NCBI RefSeq assembly: GCF_001194135.2
Contig: NC_068986.1
Location: forward strand, 40,184,495-40,248,494
Length of the DNA stretch: 64,000 nucleotides
DNA from: Octopus bimaculoides
Lineage: Eukaryota
Direction of reading: 5' to 3'
Position numbers and translations under genes: made by a program. Of the stretch, positions 1 to 12,583 are shown piece after piece. The notes beneath the pieces are model-generated. The model was not told the origin of the DNA and made no database searches. It saw only the letters and a program-made list of their open reading frames with translations. Numbering within the stretch: position 1 is the first letter of the stretch; every line of letters begins with the position of its first letter.

Positions 1-204
1 GTTGACCTTGGTGGAATCTGAAATGCTGCTAAACATTTTTTCCAGCATGCTAACGATTCTGCCAGATTACCAATTAATAATAATAATGATAACAATAATA
101 ATTATTTCAAATTTTTGCCACAAGGGCAGCATGGGAGAGGTGGGTATTTGTCAATTACATAGATTCTGCCAGCTCACAATTAATGATAATAATAATAATG
201 CTCG

Positions 205-551
<347 letters not shown>

Positions 552-739
552 ATTTGTAAGGGGACTGGGTGGAGTGAATTAGATTGACCCTAGTACTTAA
601 CTTATGCTTATTCTATTGCCCCCACCTGGAAGGATAAGAGGCTGAGTTGACCCTGGTGTGAACTGAACTTAGAAAGTAACCAAATACTCAAAGGCATTTA
701 GTTAAATGCTCAACTACTAAATCTCTTATCCACCACCAA

Positions 740-925
740 TATCTCTCCCTGTGAATATCACAGCTCTACCATCTTGAAAAATAAAGGAACACATTGAATG
801 ATATTGGTTCTAGAGAGACTGTTTGAAGGAAAGAAAAGGAGCGGAGATTGGGAGATAGTCGTGGTTAGAATGCCTTTGATGATAGGTCAGCTCAATCAAC
901 CGGGGCTGGCCTGGGGCTAAACAAT
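740..925 (+). mobile_element. Interspersed repeat family D (SINE-like 3' region ending GGGGCTAAACAA)
   Basis: Shares GAATGCCTTTGAT...GGGGCTAAA with 17165-17355 and inverted copies near 3700-3850, 14880-14960, 23165-23220, 32805-32870 and 63325-63390. Confidence 0.55.
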
Positions 926-1319
926 ATCATTATAAGGATATTAACAGAACCAAGATAAGGAAGATTATAAATAATGAGGTTTTAAGCCCATTTGAATGGA
1001 ACCTGACTGAAATGCTGGGAGTTAATGGCAGCTAAAGAGGAAGAATAGGTCAGGGTTTACCGGGGGGGGGGGGATAGGAAGGGGGCAGCTGGAATGAGAA
1101 AGAAGTAGTTAGATAAGGAGGGAGTTGAAGGTGGGTAGGAGGTAAGGGTAAGGGGGTAGGAGTGCAGGGTGTTTAATTAAATGAAAGGGTCTCAGAAAAG
1201 GAATTTTGTTTGAAGACAGAAAATGAATGGTAATATTTGCAATGCTACAAATATTTTCCAGAATGGCCGTGTATTGAGTGGAGCTATTTATAAACAATAA
1301 CATGGATGACAATGTTCAT

Positions 1320-1510
1320 AATGATGATGATAGTGTGTAAGACATGATGCTGTTGTTGGTGATGATGATGATGATACAGAAGAGGAGGATGGTAATGATG
1401 ATGATGAGGATAATGATGATGAGGAGGAGGAAGAGGAGGATAATGATGATTATGGTGATAAGGATGATGAGGATGCTGTTGCTGATGAATGATGATGATG
1501 ATGACGGCAT
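1320..1510 (+). repeat. Degenerate (GAT/GAG/GCT)n trinucleotide low-complexity tract
   Basis: Directly visible; explains ORFs 1316..1516 and 1344..1547. Confidence 0.9.
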
Positions 1511-1659
1511 TGACAATTATATTAGAGTTTTAAAAAACGAAGTATAGATACAATTGTTTTTCCTTCAAAAGCAGAAACGAATCTAAAATTATGGAAAAAA
1601 AAATACAAAGGACAAAAGATTAAAAAAAGAATTATACTATTTATAAACAAGATTCCTTT

Positions 1660-1670
1660 ATGTGTGTGTG

Positions 1671-1733
<63 letters not shown>
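1660..1733 (+). repeat. (TG)n microsatellite running into an assembly gap
   Basis: Directly visible. Confidence 0.97.
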
Positions 1734-2164
1734 NNNNNNNNNNNNNNNNNNNNNNNNNNNNNNNNNNNNNNNNNNNNNNNNNNNNNNNNNNNNNNNNNNN
1801 NNNNNNNNNNNNNNNNNNNNNNNNNNNNNNNNNNNNNNNNNNNNNNNNNNNNNNNNNNNNNNNNNNNNNNNNNNNNNNNNNNNNNNNNNNNNNNNNNNNN
1901 NNNNNNNNNNNNNNNNNNNNNNNNNNNNNNNNNNNNNNNNNNNNNNNNNNNNNNNNNNNNNNNNNNNNNNNNNNNNNNNNNNNNNNNNNNNNNNNNNNNN
2001 NNNNNNNNNNNNNNNNNNNNNNNNNNNNNNNNNNNNNNNNNNNNNNNNNNNNNNNNNNNNNNNNNNNNNNNNNNNNNNNNNNNNNNNNNNNNNNNNNNNN
2101 NNNNNNNNNNNNNNNNNNNNNNNNATAATTATTAATGTATATATATATGCATATATGTTTGCAC

Positions 2165-2203
<39 letters not shown>

Positions 2204-2770
2204 CATATAATTATTAATGTATATATATAAGCATATATATTTGCACATATATATATATATATATATATGTCTATGTGTGCACATTTACTCACGCCTACCC
2301 ACCCACCTACCCATCTACTTCTATCATTACCAATCAAGTAATTCAGTATTAATACCATTTATTACTATTATAGACTAGAAGCTAGTATTGTGTACAGCAC
2401 ACTAATTTCGGAGGTCTGAGTAATTTTGCATTCTTTTTTATTTTAATCAATCGAAGAACTTCCTTCTCTTTCTCTGCCTTTCTCTCCCTGTCTCTGCCTG
2501 CCTGTCTCTTTGTCTGTCTGTCTGTCTCTCTCTCTACGTGCATACATACACCCACACACACATGCATGTGTGTGGGTGTATATATATATATGTATATATG
2601 TATATACAAGTGTATGTGTGTGTGTAGATGTATACACACATGCACACACACATATGTGCATATACATACATATCTATCTGTCTGTCTCTCTCTCTCTCTC
2701 TCTCACTGTATATATATATACACATATACATACATATATATAGAGAGATATTTGTGTATATTTTTGTAAA

Positions 2771-3180
2771 ATTCTTTTACTTGTTTCAGTCATTTGACTG
2801 CAGCCATGTTGGAGCACTGCCTTTTAGTGAAAGAAATCAACCCCAGGACTTATTTTTTGTAAGCCTGGTATCCTATCAGTCTCTTTTGCTGAACCGCTAA
2901 ATTACAGGGATGTAAACACACCAACATCAGTTGTCAAGTGATGGTGGTGGGGACAAACATAGACACAAAGACACACATATAAATATATACATATATACAT
3001 ATATATATATGTATATATACAACGGGCTTCTTTTCAGTTTCTGTCTACCAAATCCACTCACAAGGTTTTGGTCAGCCTGACACTGTAGTAGAAGACACTT
3101 GGCCAAGATGCCATGCAGTGGGACTGAACCTGGAAGCATGTGGTTGGAAAGCAAGCTCCTTACCACACAGCCATGCCTGT
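2771..3180 (-). mobile_element. SINE family B1 (tRNA head + CORE-like segment + internal TA/TG microsatellite + long 3' module)
   Basis: Reverse complement of the family B1 copy at 23901-24330; head GGCTGTGTGGTAAGGAGCTTGC, B-box-like GGTTCAGTCCC, CCTTGG(G)CAAGTGTCTTCTAC, tail GACTGAAACAAGTAAAAGAAT. Confidence 0.88.
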
Positions 3181-3183
3181 ATG

Positions 3184-3218
<35 letters not shown>

Positions 3219-3477
3219 NNNNNNNNNNNNNNNNNNNNNNNNNNNNNNNNNNNNNNNNNNNNNNNNNNNNNNNNNNNNNNNNNNNNNNNNNNNNNNNNNN
3301 NNNNNNNNNNNNNNNNNNNNNNNNNNNNNNNNNNNNNNNNNNNNNNNNNNNNTATATATAATTCTGCCAATTTTGTGTGTGTGTACATAAATGGATGTTT
3401 CAGTAGCTTGCCATGCACACACACTTACTAACCCTTGCATCTATCCATTGGTTTCAGGATCTTGTCAGAGGCAAGCA

Positions 3478-3620
3478 GAAGAAGAAGAAGAAGAAGAAGA
3501 AGAAGAAGAAGAAGAAGAAGAAGAAGAAGACGAAGAAGAAGAAGAAGAAGAAGAAGAAGAAGAAGAAGAAGAAGAAGAAGAAGAAGAAGAAGAAGAAGAA
3601 GAAGAAGAAGAAGAAGAAGA
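3478..3620 (+). repeat. (GAA)n microsatellite, ~143 bp with one GAC interruption, followed by (GATA)n
   Basis: Directly visible; source of the poly-E/K/R/L/S ORFs. Confidence 0.98.
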
Positions 3621-4185
3621 TAGATAGATAGATAGATCAACAAAAGTGTTGAGATCTGTCATGGAGTAGCCTCCTTGTTGTATACAAGATTCTTTGAACA
3701 GACATAGGATTAAAAGCATTCCAACCCTGTCCATTCTGTCATTCCAAATATCTGGAGATTTATTTTCTGATGCTTCTTTTGCTTCCTCAAGATGGTAAGG
3801 TTTGACTTGAAGATATTTGGCTGTTATTTCTAGCACGTTGAGCAACAACATGGAGGCTGATTCATTGGCTTGTAAAACAAGATTGTCACAAGATCTAGTG
3901 ATATAATCATGGTCTGAAGAGTACTGAGTCACTGGCATTCTTTGACAAATCCAATATGACTGCCATCATCGTAGATAGATAGGTAGATAAATAAATGGAT
4001 TAAGGGTCTTTATTACCATTTATGCACAGGTATACGGTATAAGCTGACAGAATCATTTGCACACTGGGCAAAATCATTGTGGTGTTTCATCTGTATTTAC
4101 ATTCTAAGTTCAAATTCTGCCAAGGCCGACTTTGCTTTTTAACTTTATGGGGTTGATAAAATAAGTATCAAGAGAACAGGAGTCA

Positions 4186-4633
4186 ATCATCATCATCGTT
4201 GTTTAACGTCCGCTTTCCATGCTAGCATGGGTTGGATGATTTGACAGAGGACTGGTGAAACCAGATGGCTACACCAGGCTCCAATCTGATCTGGCAGAGT
4301 TTCTACAGCTGGATGCCCTTCCTAACGCCAACCACTCTAAGAGTGTAGTGGGTGCTTTTACGTGCCACCGGCACGAAGGCCAGTCAGATGGTACTGGCAA
4401 CAGCCATGCTCAAAATGATGCATTTTACATGCCACCTGCACAGGAGCCAGTTCAGTGGCACTGGCAATGATCTCACTTGAATGTCTTTACACATGCCATC
4501 CAGCACAAGTGCCAGGGAGGCGATGCTGGGCACAGGTGCCATCACGATTTTGCTTTCGCTTGTCCCAACAGGTCTTCACAAGCTGAGTTTCGTGTCCAAT
4601 GAAGGAGACGACGTTGGCATGGGTGCCAGTCGT
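4186..4633 (-). mobile_element. RTE-a LINE 3' UTR fragment with (GAT)n tail
   Basis: Reverse complement matches 29942-30229 (AGGAAGGGCATCCAGCTGTAGAAACTCTGCC...CATGGAAAGCGGACGTTAAAC-GATGATG). Confidence 0.85.
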
Positions 4634-4709
4634 TGAATGAAGGAGACAACTCGACTTTCCCCTACCCCAAATTTGCTGGTCTTGTGCTAAAATTTGAAAG
4701 CATTTAGGC

Positions 4710-4864
4710 ACAGGTTGTTTGGTTAAGAAACTCACTTTGCAGTCATGTGATTTTAGGTTCAGTCCCACCTGCATGGCACCTTGGATAAGTGTCATCTACT
4801 TGAGCTCCAAACTGATCAATGTCTTGTGAATGAATGTGGTAAGCAGAAACTGTGTAGAAGCTTG

Positions 4865-4914
<50 letters not shown>

Positions 4915-5123
4915 GTTTATCCCTCACCATGGGTTGACAACTAGTGTTGGTGTGTTTACACTCTCATATCTTAGTGGTTTGGCAAAAGAGACCAATAGAA
5001 TGAGTACCAGACTTGAACACCAGAAGAAAAGAAGGAGAAATATTGGGATTGATTTGTTCAACTAAAACCATTCAAAGTGGTGTCCCAGCATGGCTGCAAT
5101 CCAATGACTGAAACAAATAAAAG
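4710..5123 (+). mobile_element. SINE family B1
   Basis: Head GGTTCAGTCCCACCTGCATGGCACCTTGG, internal (TG)n, tail CCAGCATGGCTGCAATCCAATGACTGAAACAA. Confidence 0.8.
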
Positions 5124-5744
5124 ATGAAGAGAAAAGATTTATTTGGGAATGGAAAGGTAATGTTCATGGCATTTAAAAAAAATTTTCAGAACCTCCAAGA
5201 CTAGTAGATGTTATTCCTCCAACAGAATGAACACTACTAAAGTCTCCCAAAGACCCTGATGGTATCATAAATCTTTTTGATACCAACATGCCCAAACTGC
5301 CTTTGATTCTATGGCACAGACTTGCTGCTTTAAAATGATCCATATTTAAAATTTCTCTTTATAAAATTTCATGTTTATTTATGTTTCAAACATCAGCTTA
5401 AAAACAAAAACATAACTTTATTATATTCTTCATTGTTTCTGAAGTTTGTTACCATATTTCAACAGAAATATGGTAACAAAATGATTAAACTGTGGAGCAG
5501 ACTAAGTCAGCAGACTAACAACTCAGAGTGGAAACAGTCAGAACAAATAATTCTTACTGCCATAGGCACAAGGCCAGAAATTTTAGAGGAAGGTTCTAGT
5601 CAATTTCGTTGACCCCACTGCTCAAATGGTATTTATTTGACCCTGAAAGGATAAAAAACAAAGTTGACCTTTGTGGAATTTGAACTTAGGATATAAAGCC
5701 AGAAGAAATGTCACCAAGCATTTTGTTCCGCATTATTTTATTTT

Positions 5745-5995
5745 TATTCTTTTACTTGTTTCAGTCATTTTGACTGCAGCCATGCTGGAGCACCACCTGA
5801 AAGGAATTTTTAGTCAAAGAAATCGATCCCAGGACTTATTCTTTGTAAGCCTAGTACTTATTGTATCATCTCTTTTACTGAAATGCTAGGTCACAGGGAT
5901 GTAAACACACCAGCATTGGTTGTCAAGCGATGGTAGTGGGGACAAACACACACAAACACACAAACACATAAATATATANNNNNNNNNNNNNNNNN

Positions 5996-6041
<46 letters not shown>

Positions 6042-6059
6042 TGCATGTATATATATATA
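5745..6059 (-). mobile_element. 3' half of a B1 SINE interrupted by the Tc1 insertion
   Basis: Matches the B1 3' module; the matching 5' half resumes at 7585-7757. Confidence 0.85.
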
Positions 6060-7584
6060 AACTGAACCACAAAAGAAACGTAGCACAAATACTAAATAGA
6101 AACCGGTTTATTAACAGACTGCCATAGCATTGATTGAAGAGTGCTAATTGAGAAACCATTCTTTCCTAACGATAAAACGTTATTTTCTGAAACATGTTTT
6201 ATGTCACATGGTGTCACATGATGACAGAGCATCCTGGATCCAAAGAGATGAACTCAATATCTTGTGTGACCACCATTAGCATTGATTACCGTCAAGTATC
6301 TTCTGTATACTGAATGCACCAAATGATTGATGAAGGCCATGGGGGTAGCAGCCTACACTCTGTTAAGACTTGCAGTGAGTTGTGCCACAGTTGTTGGCCT
6401 TGGATGGATATCATTTAGCCTTCTTTGGATTTCGTCCCACAAGTGCTCTATGGGGTTCAAGTTCAGTCTTAGGGCTGGCCATGGTAGTGTCTGGATTTGT
6501 GCTGTTGGAGGATGTCTGTTGTTCACTTGGCAGTATTGGCATGAGCATTGTCATGTTGGAACACATGATTCCAATGACGGGCAAAGTATGACACAATGTG
6601 AGGCCTCAACACTTGGTCAATGTAGCGATCAGCTTTTACTCAATTGCTCCTGACTTGGCTGATATTTTGGAAGGCAATTGGTCCAAGTTTCTGGTTGAGT
6701 GCAATCCTGTCCATCCCATGATGGTCTGTTCTCCCCATGAGTCTCTCCCCACCACACAGCCATCAACATGACATTCACCCCTTCTTCTCCAAACCCTAGC
6801 TTTGCTATCTGTCACAGAAATGCAATATCAACTTTCATCAGAGAAAACTACAGTCCTCCACTGCTGATAGTGCCAGTTCTGATGTTTTGAGTCTCCTGCA
6901 GATGTGCTCAGCAATGATAATCTGTGAGGATGGGAGCCCCTAGCCAGATGTCAACAAGACAGATTGAAAGATCTCAGCCAGCGGTGAACTGTCTCTGCAC
7001 AAATGGGTCTGTGGTGAGTCCCTATGGTCTGCCTAGCTGATTCCGTTGCCCTTTGGAATAGTTCCTGCAAGTGCCGTTGGTGCAGGTGGTGATCTTGACA
7101 TGCTGTTGTAACCCTCAGTCGGTCACTGCATGGATGATCATCCATACTGTTTGTGGCATTGTATCATTCCCTCGGCTGCTCAGTTGTCTGAATACTGCAG
7201 TTCAAGTCATTAGCAATGACCTATGGATGTTGACCAGCATGGAGATGTCCAATGGCTTGCTCCTTCCGATTTTGTGTCAGTTTTGGCTTGCTTGCTGCGT
7301 TCAGGAAACGAATGACAGGCTGGTGCCTTTTATAATTTGGGTGCCTTTTATACCCAATGAGTCAACATTTTCGCACATGCATCTTGCTTTTCATTAAGAA
7401 GTGTTCACAAGCATTACCAACCTAACATGCAATCCTTGTATTTTCAAAAGAGAGTAGTGTTGTGGATCAGTGACATCTTCCTGATGTCAAATTACCTAGA
7501 AATGTGATAAAATCCATATGATCTCAATATCATGTATGAAACAAATAATCTTTTACAGTGCGAAGTTTCTTTTTTAGTTCAGTA
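6060..7584 (-). mobile_element. Full-length degenerate Tc1-family DNA transposon (~1.52 kb)
   Basis: Imperfect 25-bp TIRs ACTGAACCACAAAAGAAACGTAGCA (6061-6085) and TGCGAAGTTTCTTTTTTAGTTCAGT (7559-7583), 4 mismatches, TA-flanked; internal transposase remnant. Confidence 0.9.
6254..7289 (-). pseudogene. Tc1 DD34E transposase pseudogene
   Basis: Manual minus-strand translation: PKLTQNRKEQAIGHLHAGQHP*VIANDLNCS (N-terminal HTH), WRTVVFSDES, VFQHDNA, [frameshift] WPALRLNLNPIEHLWDEIQRRL, C-terminal NANGGHTRY*; 34 residues between the second D and E; several stops and no intact ATG. Confidence 0.92.
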
Positions 7585-7757
7585 TATTTATATACAACAG
7601 GTTTCTTTCAGTTTCCATCTACCAAATCTACTCACAAGGTGTTGATTGGCTTGAGGCTGTAGTAGAAGACTCATGCCCAAGGTGCCATGCAATAGGACTG
7701 AACCCAGAACCATGTAGTTGGGAAGCAAGCTTCTTGCTACACAGCCATGCCTGTGCC
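7585..7757 (-). mobile_element. 5' half (tRNA head) of the B1 SINE split by Tc1
   Basis: TTTCTTTCAGTTTCCATCTACCAAATC...GGACTGAACCCAG...CACAGCCATGCCTG. Confidence 0.85.
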
Positions 7758-8130
7758 TATGCTAACATTTATGCCAGCTCTCTAGCAGAAAAGAATAATG
7801 GCAATGAATCTTATTGAACATTTACCCAACTGTACCAATCCAAATCTAAAGACTTTATAAATTTTATGTTATTAACCCTGAAAGGATAAAAAGCAAAATT
7901 TATCTTGGTGAAATTTGAACTCAGAATACACACAGTTGGAATAAATACCACTCTGACAACTCTAACAATTTGCCAACTATTGGTTTTATGGTCAAATTAT
8001 AATTACCAGCATTCATAAAATATCTAACTACTTTTCTTTAGTAACAGCAAAAAAAAAAAAAAAAAAAAAAAAGAAGAGAAAAAAAACTGTTGAGGAAAGC
8101 TGCTTGACTGTTTTTCTTGCAACTTTTATA

Positions 8131-8787
8131 GCTGTGTAGTTAAAAAGTTTGTTTTCCAACCATGTGGTTTTGAGTTCAGTTCCACTGTGCAGCACCTTGG
8201 GCAAGAGTCTTCTATTACAGCTTGAGCCAAATGTAATTCTTGTGGATTCAGTAAACAGAAACCAAAAGAAGCCTGTAATATATATATGTGTGTGTTATTT
8301 CTTTACTACCACAAGGGGCTACACACAGAGGGGACAAATAAAGACAGACAAACGGATTAAGTCAATTATACTGACCCCAGTGCATAACTGGTACTTATTT
8401 AATCGACCCCGAAAGGATGAAAGGCAAAGTCAACTTCAGCGGAATTTGAACTCAGAATGTAACGGCAGACGAAATACCGCTAAGCATTTTGCCCTGCATG
8501 CTAATATTTCTGCCAGCTCGCCACCGTATATATATGTATGTGTGTGTGTGCATGCATGCACATGCACGTGTGTGTGTGTGTACCTTTGTCTTGAAATCAT
8601 GGTTGTTAACAAACATCTCCATCATATGAGCTGTGTTGTTCATTTCCAGTCGATGGGGATATATTACCTTGCTTGGAAATAGGTAAGGGTTGGTAAAAGG
8701 GAAGACATTTGGCAATAAAAAATCTACCTCAGTGGATTCCTCCTGACCCATAGAAGCATGGAAAAGTGGATGTTAAATGATGATGAC

Positions 8788-8832
<45 letters not shown>
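8131..8832 (+). mobile_element. SINE family B2 (B head + RTE-a-like 3' tail) interrupted by an A2 SINE
   Basis: B head at 8131-8280; after the A2 insert continues to CATGGAAAAGTGGATGTTAAATGATGATG and (GAT)n; same layout as 26058-26460. Confidence 0.75.
8297..8526 (-). mobile_element. SINE subfamily A2 (family A with alternative 3' end) nested in the B2 microsatellite
   Basis: Family A head and body; 3' end ...TTTGTCCCCTCTGTGTGTAGCCCCTTGTGGTAGTAAAGAAAT (minus), as at 9978-10185. Confidence 0.85.
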
Positions 8833-8833
<1 letters not shown>

Positions 8834-9154
8834 ATGTTTCTGTGTACAGGTGTGTATATGTGAGCATGTGTGTGTGTGCATGTGTGTAGGCATGGCTGTG
8901 AGGTTAAGAATATTTGCTTTCTAGCCATATGGTTTCAGGTTCAATTCCACAGCATGGCACCTTGGGAAAGTGCCTTCTCTTATAACTCTGGGTTAACCAA
9001 AGCCTTGAAAGAGGATTAGGTTAAAGAAAGCTAAAATTAGCCTGTCGTATACTTATTTGTGTGTGTATTTGTGTCCCTTTGTCCTGGCATTGCATGATAA
9101 AAGTAAACAAATGTCACTATCATATAAGTGGTGTCTTCCATGAAAACATGTCCA

Positions 9155-9548
9155 GCAGGCGTGGCTCTGTTGTAAGAAGCTTGCTTCCCAACCACATGGT
9201 TGTGAGTTCAGTCCTTGGGCAAGTATCTTCTTCTGTAGCTTCGGGTCGACCATAGTTTGTGAGTGGATCTGGTTGACAGAAACTGAAAGAAGCTCATTGT
9301 ATGCATGCGTGCACGAGCATGTGTGTGTGTATTCTTGTATCTGCGTTTGTCCCTCACCACTACTTGACAACCAGTGTTGATGTGCTTATATCCCTTTAAC
9401 TTAGTAGTTTGGCAAAAGAGATCAACAGAATAAGTACCAAGCTTTAAAAAAATAAGTACTGGGGTTGATTCATTCGACTTAAAATTCTTCAAGGTAGTGC
9501 CCCAGCATGGCCGCAGTCTAATGATCAAAACAAGTAAGAGATAAAAGA
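9155..9548 (+). mobile_element. SINE family B1
   Basis: GCAGGCGTGGCT head, CCTTGGGCAAGTATCTTC, tail CCCAGCATGGCCGCAGTC...AAACAAGTAAGAGATAAAAGAT. Confidence 0.8.
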
Positions 9549-9564
9549 TAAAAATGTGGGAAAA

Positions 9565-10212
9565 TGTTCTTTTCTACTCTAGGCACAAGGCCCAAAATTT
9601 TTGGGGAGGGGGCCAGTCGATTGGATCAACCCCAGTACACAACTGGTACTTAATTTATTGACCTTGAAAGGATGAAAGGCAAAGTCAACCTCGGCAGAAT
9701 TTGAACTCAGAACGTAAAGATAGATGAAATACTGCTAGGCATTTCGCCTGGCATGCTAACATTTCTGCCTTACTGTTTCATAAATATTCTTTTCTACTCT
9801 AAGCATGAGGCCCGAAATTTTTGTGGAGGGGGCCAGTCAATTAGAGCGACCCCAGTATGCAACTGGTACTTAATTTATTAACCCTGAAAGGATGAAAGGC
9901 AAAGTCAACCTTGGTGGAATTTGAATGTAAAGACAGACAAAATACTGCTAAACATTTCGCCCACCATGCTAATGTTTTTTATTTCTTTATTGCCCACAAG
10001 GGGCCAAACATAGAGGGGACAAACAAGGACAGACAAAGGGATTAAGTCGATTACATCGACCCCAGTGCATAACTGGTACTTAATTTATCGACCTCTGCGG
10101 AATTTGAACTCAGAACGTAACGGCAGACGAAATACCGCTAAGCATTTCGCCCGGCGCGCTAACGATTGTGCCAGCTCACCACCTTCTAATGTTTCCGCCA
10201 GCTTGCTGCCTT
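9565..10212 (-). mobile_element. Stack of three family A SINEs (tandem pair plus nested A2)
   Basis: Copies at 9567-9768, 9786-9977+10195-10212 and 9978-10185; outer direct repeat AAAATGTGGGAAAA (9551-9564 / 10213-10226); inner direct repeat CTAATGTTT (9969-9977 / 10186-10194). Confidence 0.85.
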
Positions 10213-11224
10213 AAAATGTGGGAAAAAATTACCTAGCTTGGAGACATCTAAGAGTTGGTGATAGGATTTGATTCCAATCATAAAAAAAATATTGCCTCAA
10301 TGAATTCCTTTTGATCCATGCATGCATGGAAATATGTATTTCAAAATGATAATGATTATAACGGTCAGAAGGAATTAACAGCAGTGCTCCAGCATGGTCA
10401 CAGGTCTTAAGCTGAAACTAGTAAAAGAAATATATGTACACATTTTCTTTTTCACAGGCAAGAAGGATTATTTTTCTGTAGGAGCCAGATTTCAAAAAAA
10501 TTTAAAAAAATTAAAAATCCTGGTGAGCTGTATCAACAAAAAAATAATCTGTATAAAATCTGCAGGGAAAAATAAATATACGTATAAATTACGATGACTG
10601 ATTTGTCACAGAAGTGAAAGTTTTATCATCATCAACACTGTCATCATCATCATCGTCGTTGTCACCTCACCCCCACCACCACCTCCACCATCATCCTCAT
10701 TGTCATCATCATCAGTGCTTAGTATCCATTTTTCCATGCTTGCATGGATCGGCCGAAATTTGTTGAAGTGAATTTTCTATAGTTGGACACCCTTCCTGTT
10801 GCCACACTTCATCTGTTTCCAAATAAAGCATTATTCCCTAGGAGCAGATCTATTTTGACAGAAGATTGGAAATGAAGGACGTTGCTCCCATAATAACGAC
10901 ATCTATTTACAACTATCTCATGAAGTTAAGGTAAAGAGACAGTAATACACACATGCTCACATACATATGTACATACATACATACATATATATAAGAAAGA
11001 ATATATATATATATATATATATATATANNNNNNNNNNNNNNNNNNNNNNNNNNNNNNNNNNNNNNNNNNNNNNNNNNNNNNNNNNNNNNNNNNNNNNNNN
11101 NNNNNNNNNNNNNNNNNNNNNNNNNNNNNNNNNNNNNNNNNNNNNNNNNNNNNNNNNNNNNNNNNNNNNNNNNNNNNNNNNNNNNNNNNNNNNNNNNNNN
11201 NNNNNNNNNNNNNNNTATATATAT

Positions 11225-11417
11225 ATTCTTTCTTTTATTCTTTTACTTGTTTCAGTCATTTGACTGTAGCCATGCTGGAATACTGCTGCTAGTCGAACAA
11301 ATTGCCCCCAGGACTTATTCTTTGTAAGCCTAGTACTTATTCTATCAGTCTCTTTTGCCAAACCGCTAAGTTACAAGGACACAAACACACCAGCATCATA
11401 CAAACACAGACACACAG

Positions 11418-11463
<46 letters not shown>

Positions 11464-11620
11464 CAGGCTTCTTTCAATTTCCATCTACCAAATCCACTCA
11501 CAAGGCTTCGGTCAGCTTGAGACTATAGTAGAAGTATTGAGACACTTGCCCAAGATGCCATGTAGTGGGACTGAAACCAGAACCCTGTGGTTGGGAAGCA
11601 AGCTTCTTACCACACTGCCA
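11225..11620 (-). mobile_element. SINE family B1
   Basis: Tail, internal (CA)/(TA)n and head all match 23901-24330 in reverse. Confidence 0.82.
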
Positions 11621-11629
11621 CTACTATCA

Positions 11630-11830
11630 TCGTCATCATCATCATTTAATGTCCCTTTTCTATGCTGGCATGGGTTGGACATGTTGGACTTGAGCTGGCA
11701 AGCTGGAGGGCTGCACCAGGCTCCAGTCATCTATTTTGGCATGGTTTCTAGGGCTGGATGGCCTTTCTAATGTCGACCACTTTACAGAGCATACTGGGTG
11801 CTTTTTACATTGCGCTGGTACAGGTGCTTT
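11630..11830 (-). mobile_element. RTE-a LINE 3' UTR fragment
   Basis: (ATC)n tail then TTTAATGTCCC...CATGGGTTGGAC...GCTGGATGGCCTTTCTAATG. Confidence 0.7.
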
Positions 11831-12552
11831 TTTCGACATTGGGCTTCTTTCAGTTTCTATCAACCAAACTCACTCACAAGGCTTTGGTCAACCTGGAGCT
11901 ATAGTAGAAGACATTTTCCCAAGGTGTCATATAGTGAGACTGTACCTAAAACCATATTGTTAGACAAGGAATTTATTAACTCCACAACCAAGTCTTCTTT
12001 TGTTTACTGTTTTCAATTCCAGATACTTCTGAATACTGGTCTTTATTCCTTCAAAAGTATTTAAAATCAAAAATTTTTCAAACTGGTACTCCTGACTCAC
12101 TTATCTCTCTTCTTCTCCTCACCCATATTATGTTCCTCACAACACCCTAGGTTCTGCACTAACCACTGTGCCCAGGTCTTTCTTTCTAGATTGTCAACAA
12201 CAATTCAAGAGAAATACTGACTACATTGATCTTAGAGAGACTATGAAGGCCATAGGGATAGTACTTTTCTTTTGATGAAACTATCATTGTCATTATCCTC
12301 ATTTTAATGTCTACTTTTCCATACTTGTATGAGTCAAATGGAATTTGCTGAGGAGATTTTTATGGTCAGATGCCCTTCCAGTTGTCAATCCTCCACCTCT
12401 CTTCCAAGTAATTTAATATTTTCTCTTGACCAAACGTTTTGATGAAAGATTGAAAATGAATGACACTGCTTCTATGAAGGTGGTGCTTATTTACAACTAT
12501 CATCCAATATCAAGACTAGGAGAGAAAACACACACATATGCATGCACGCGTG

Positions 12553-12583
<31 letters not shown>

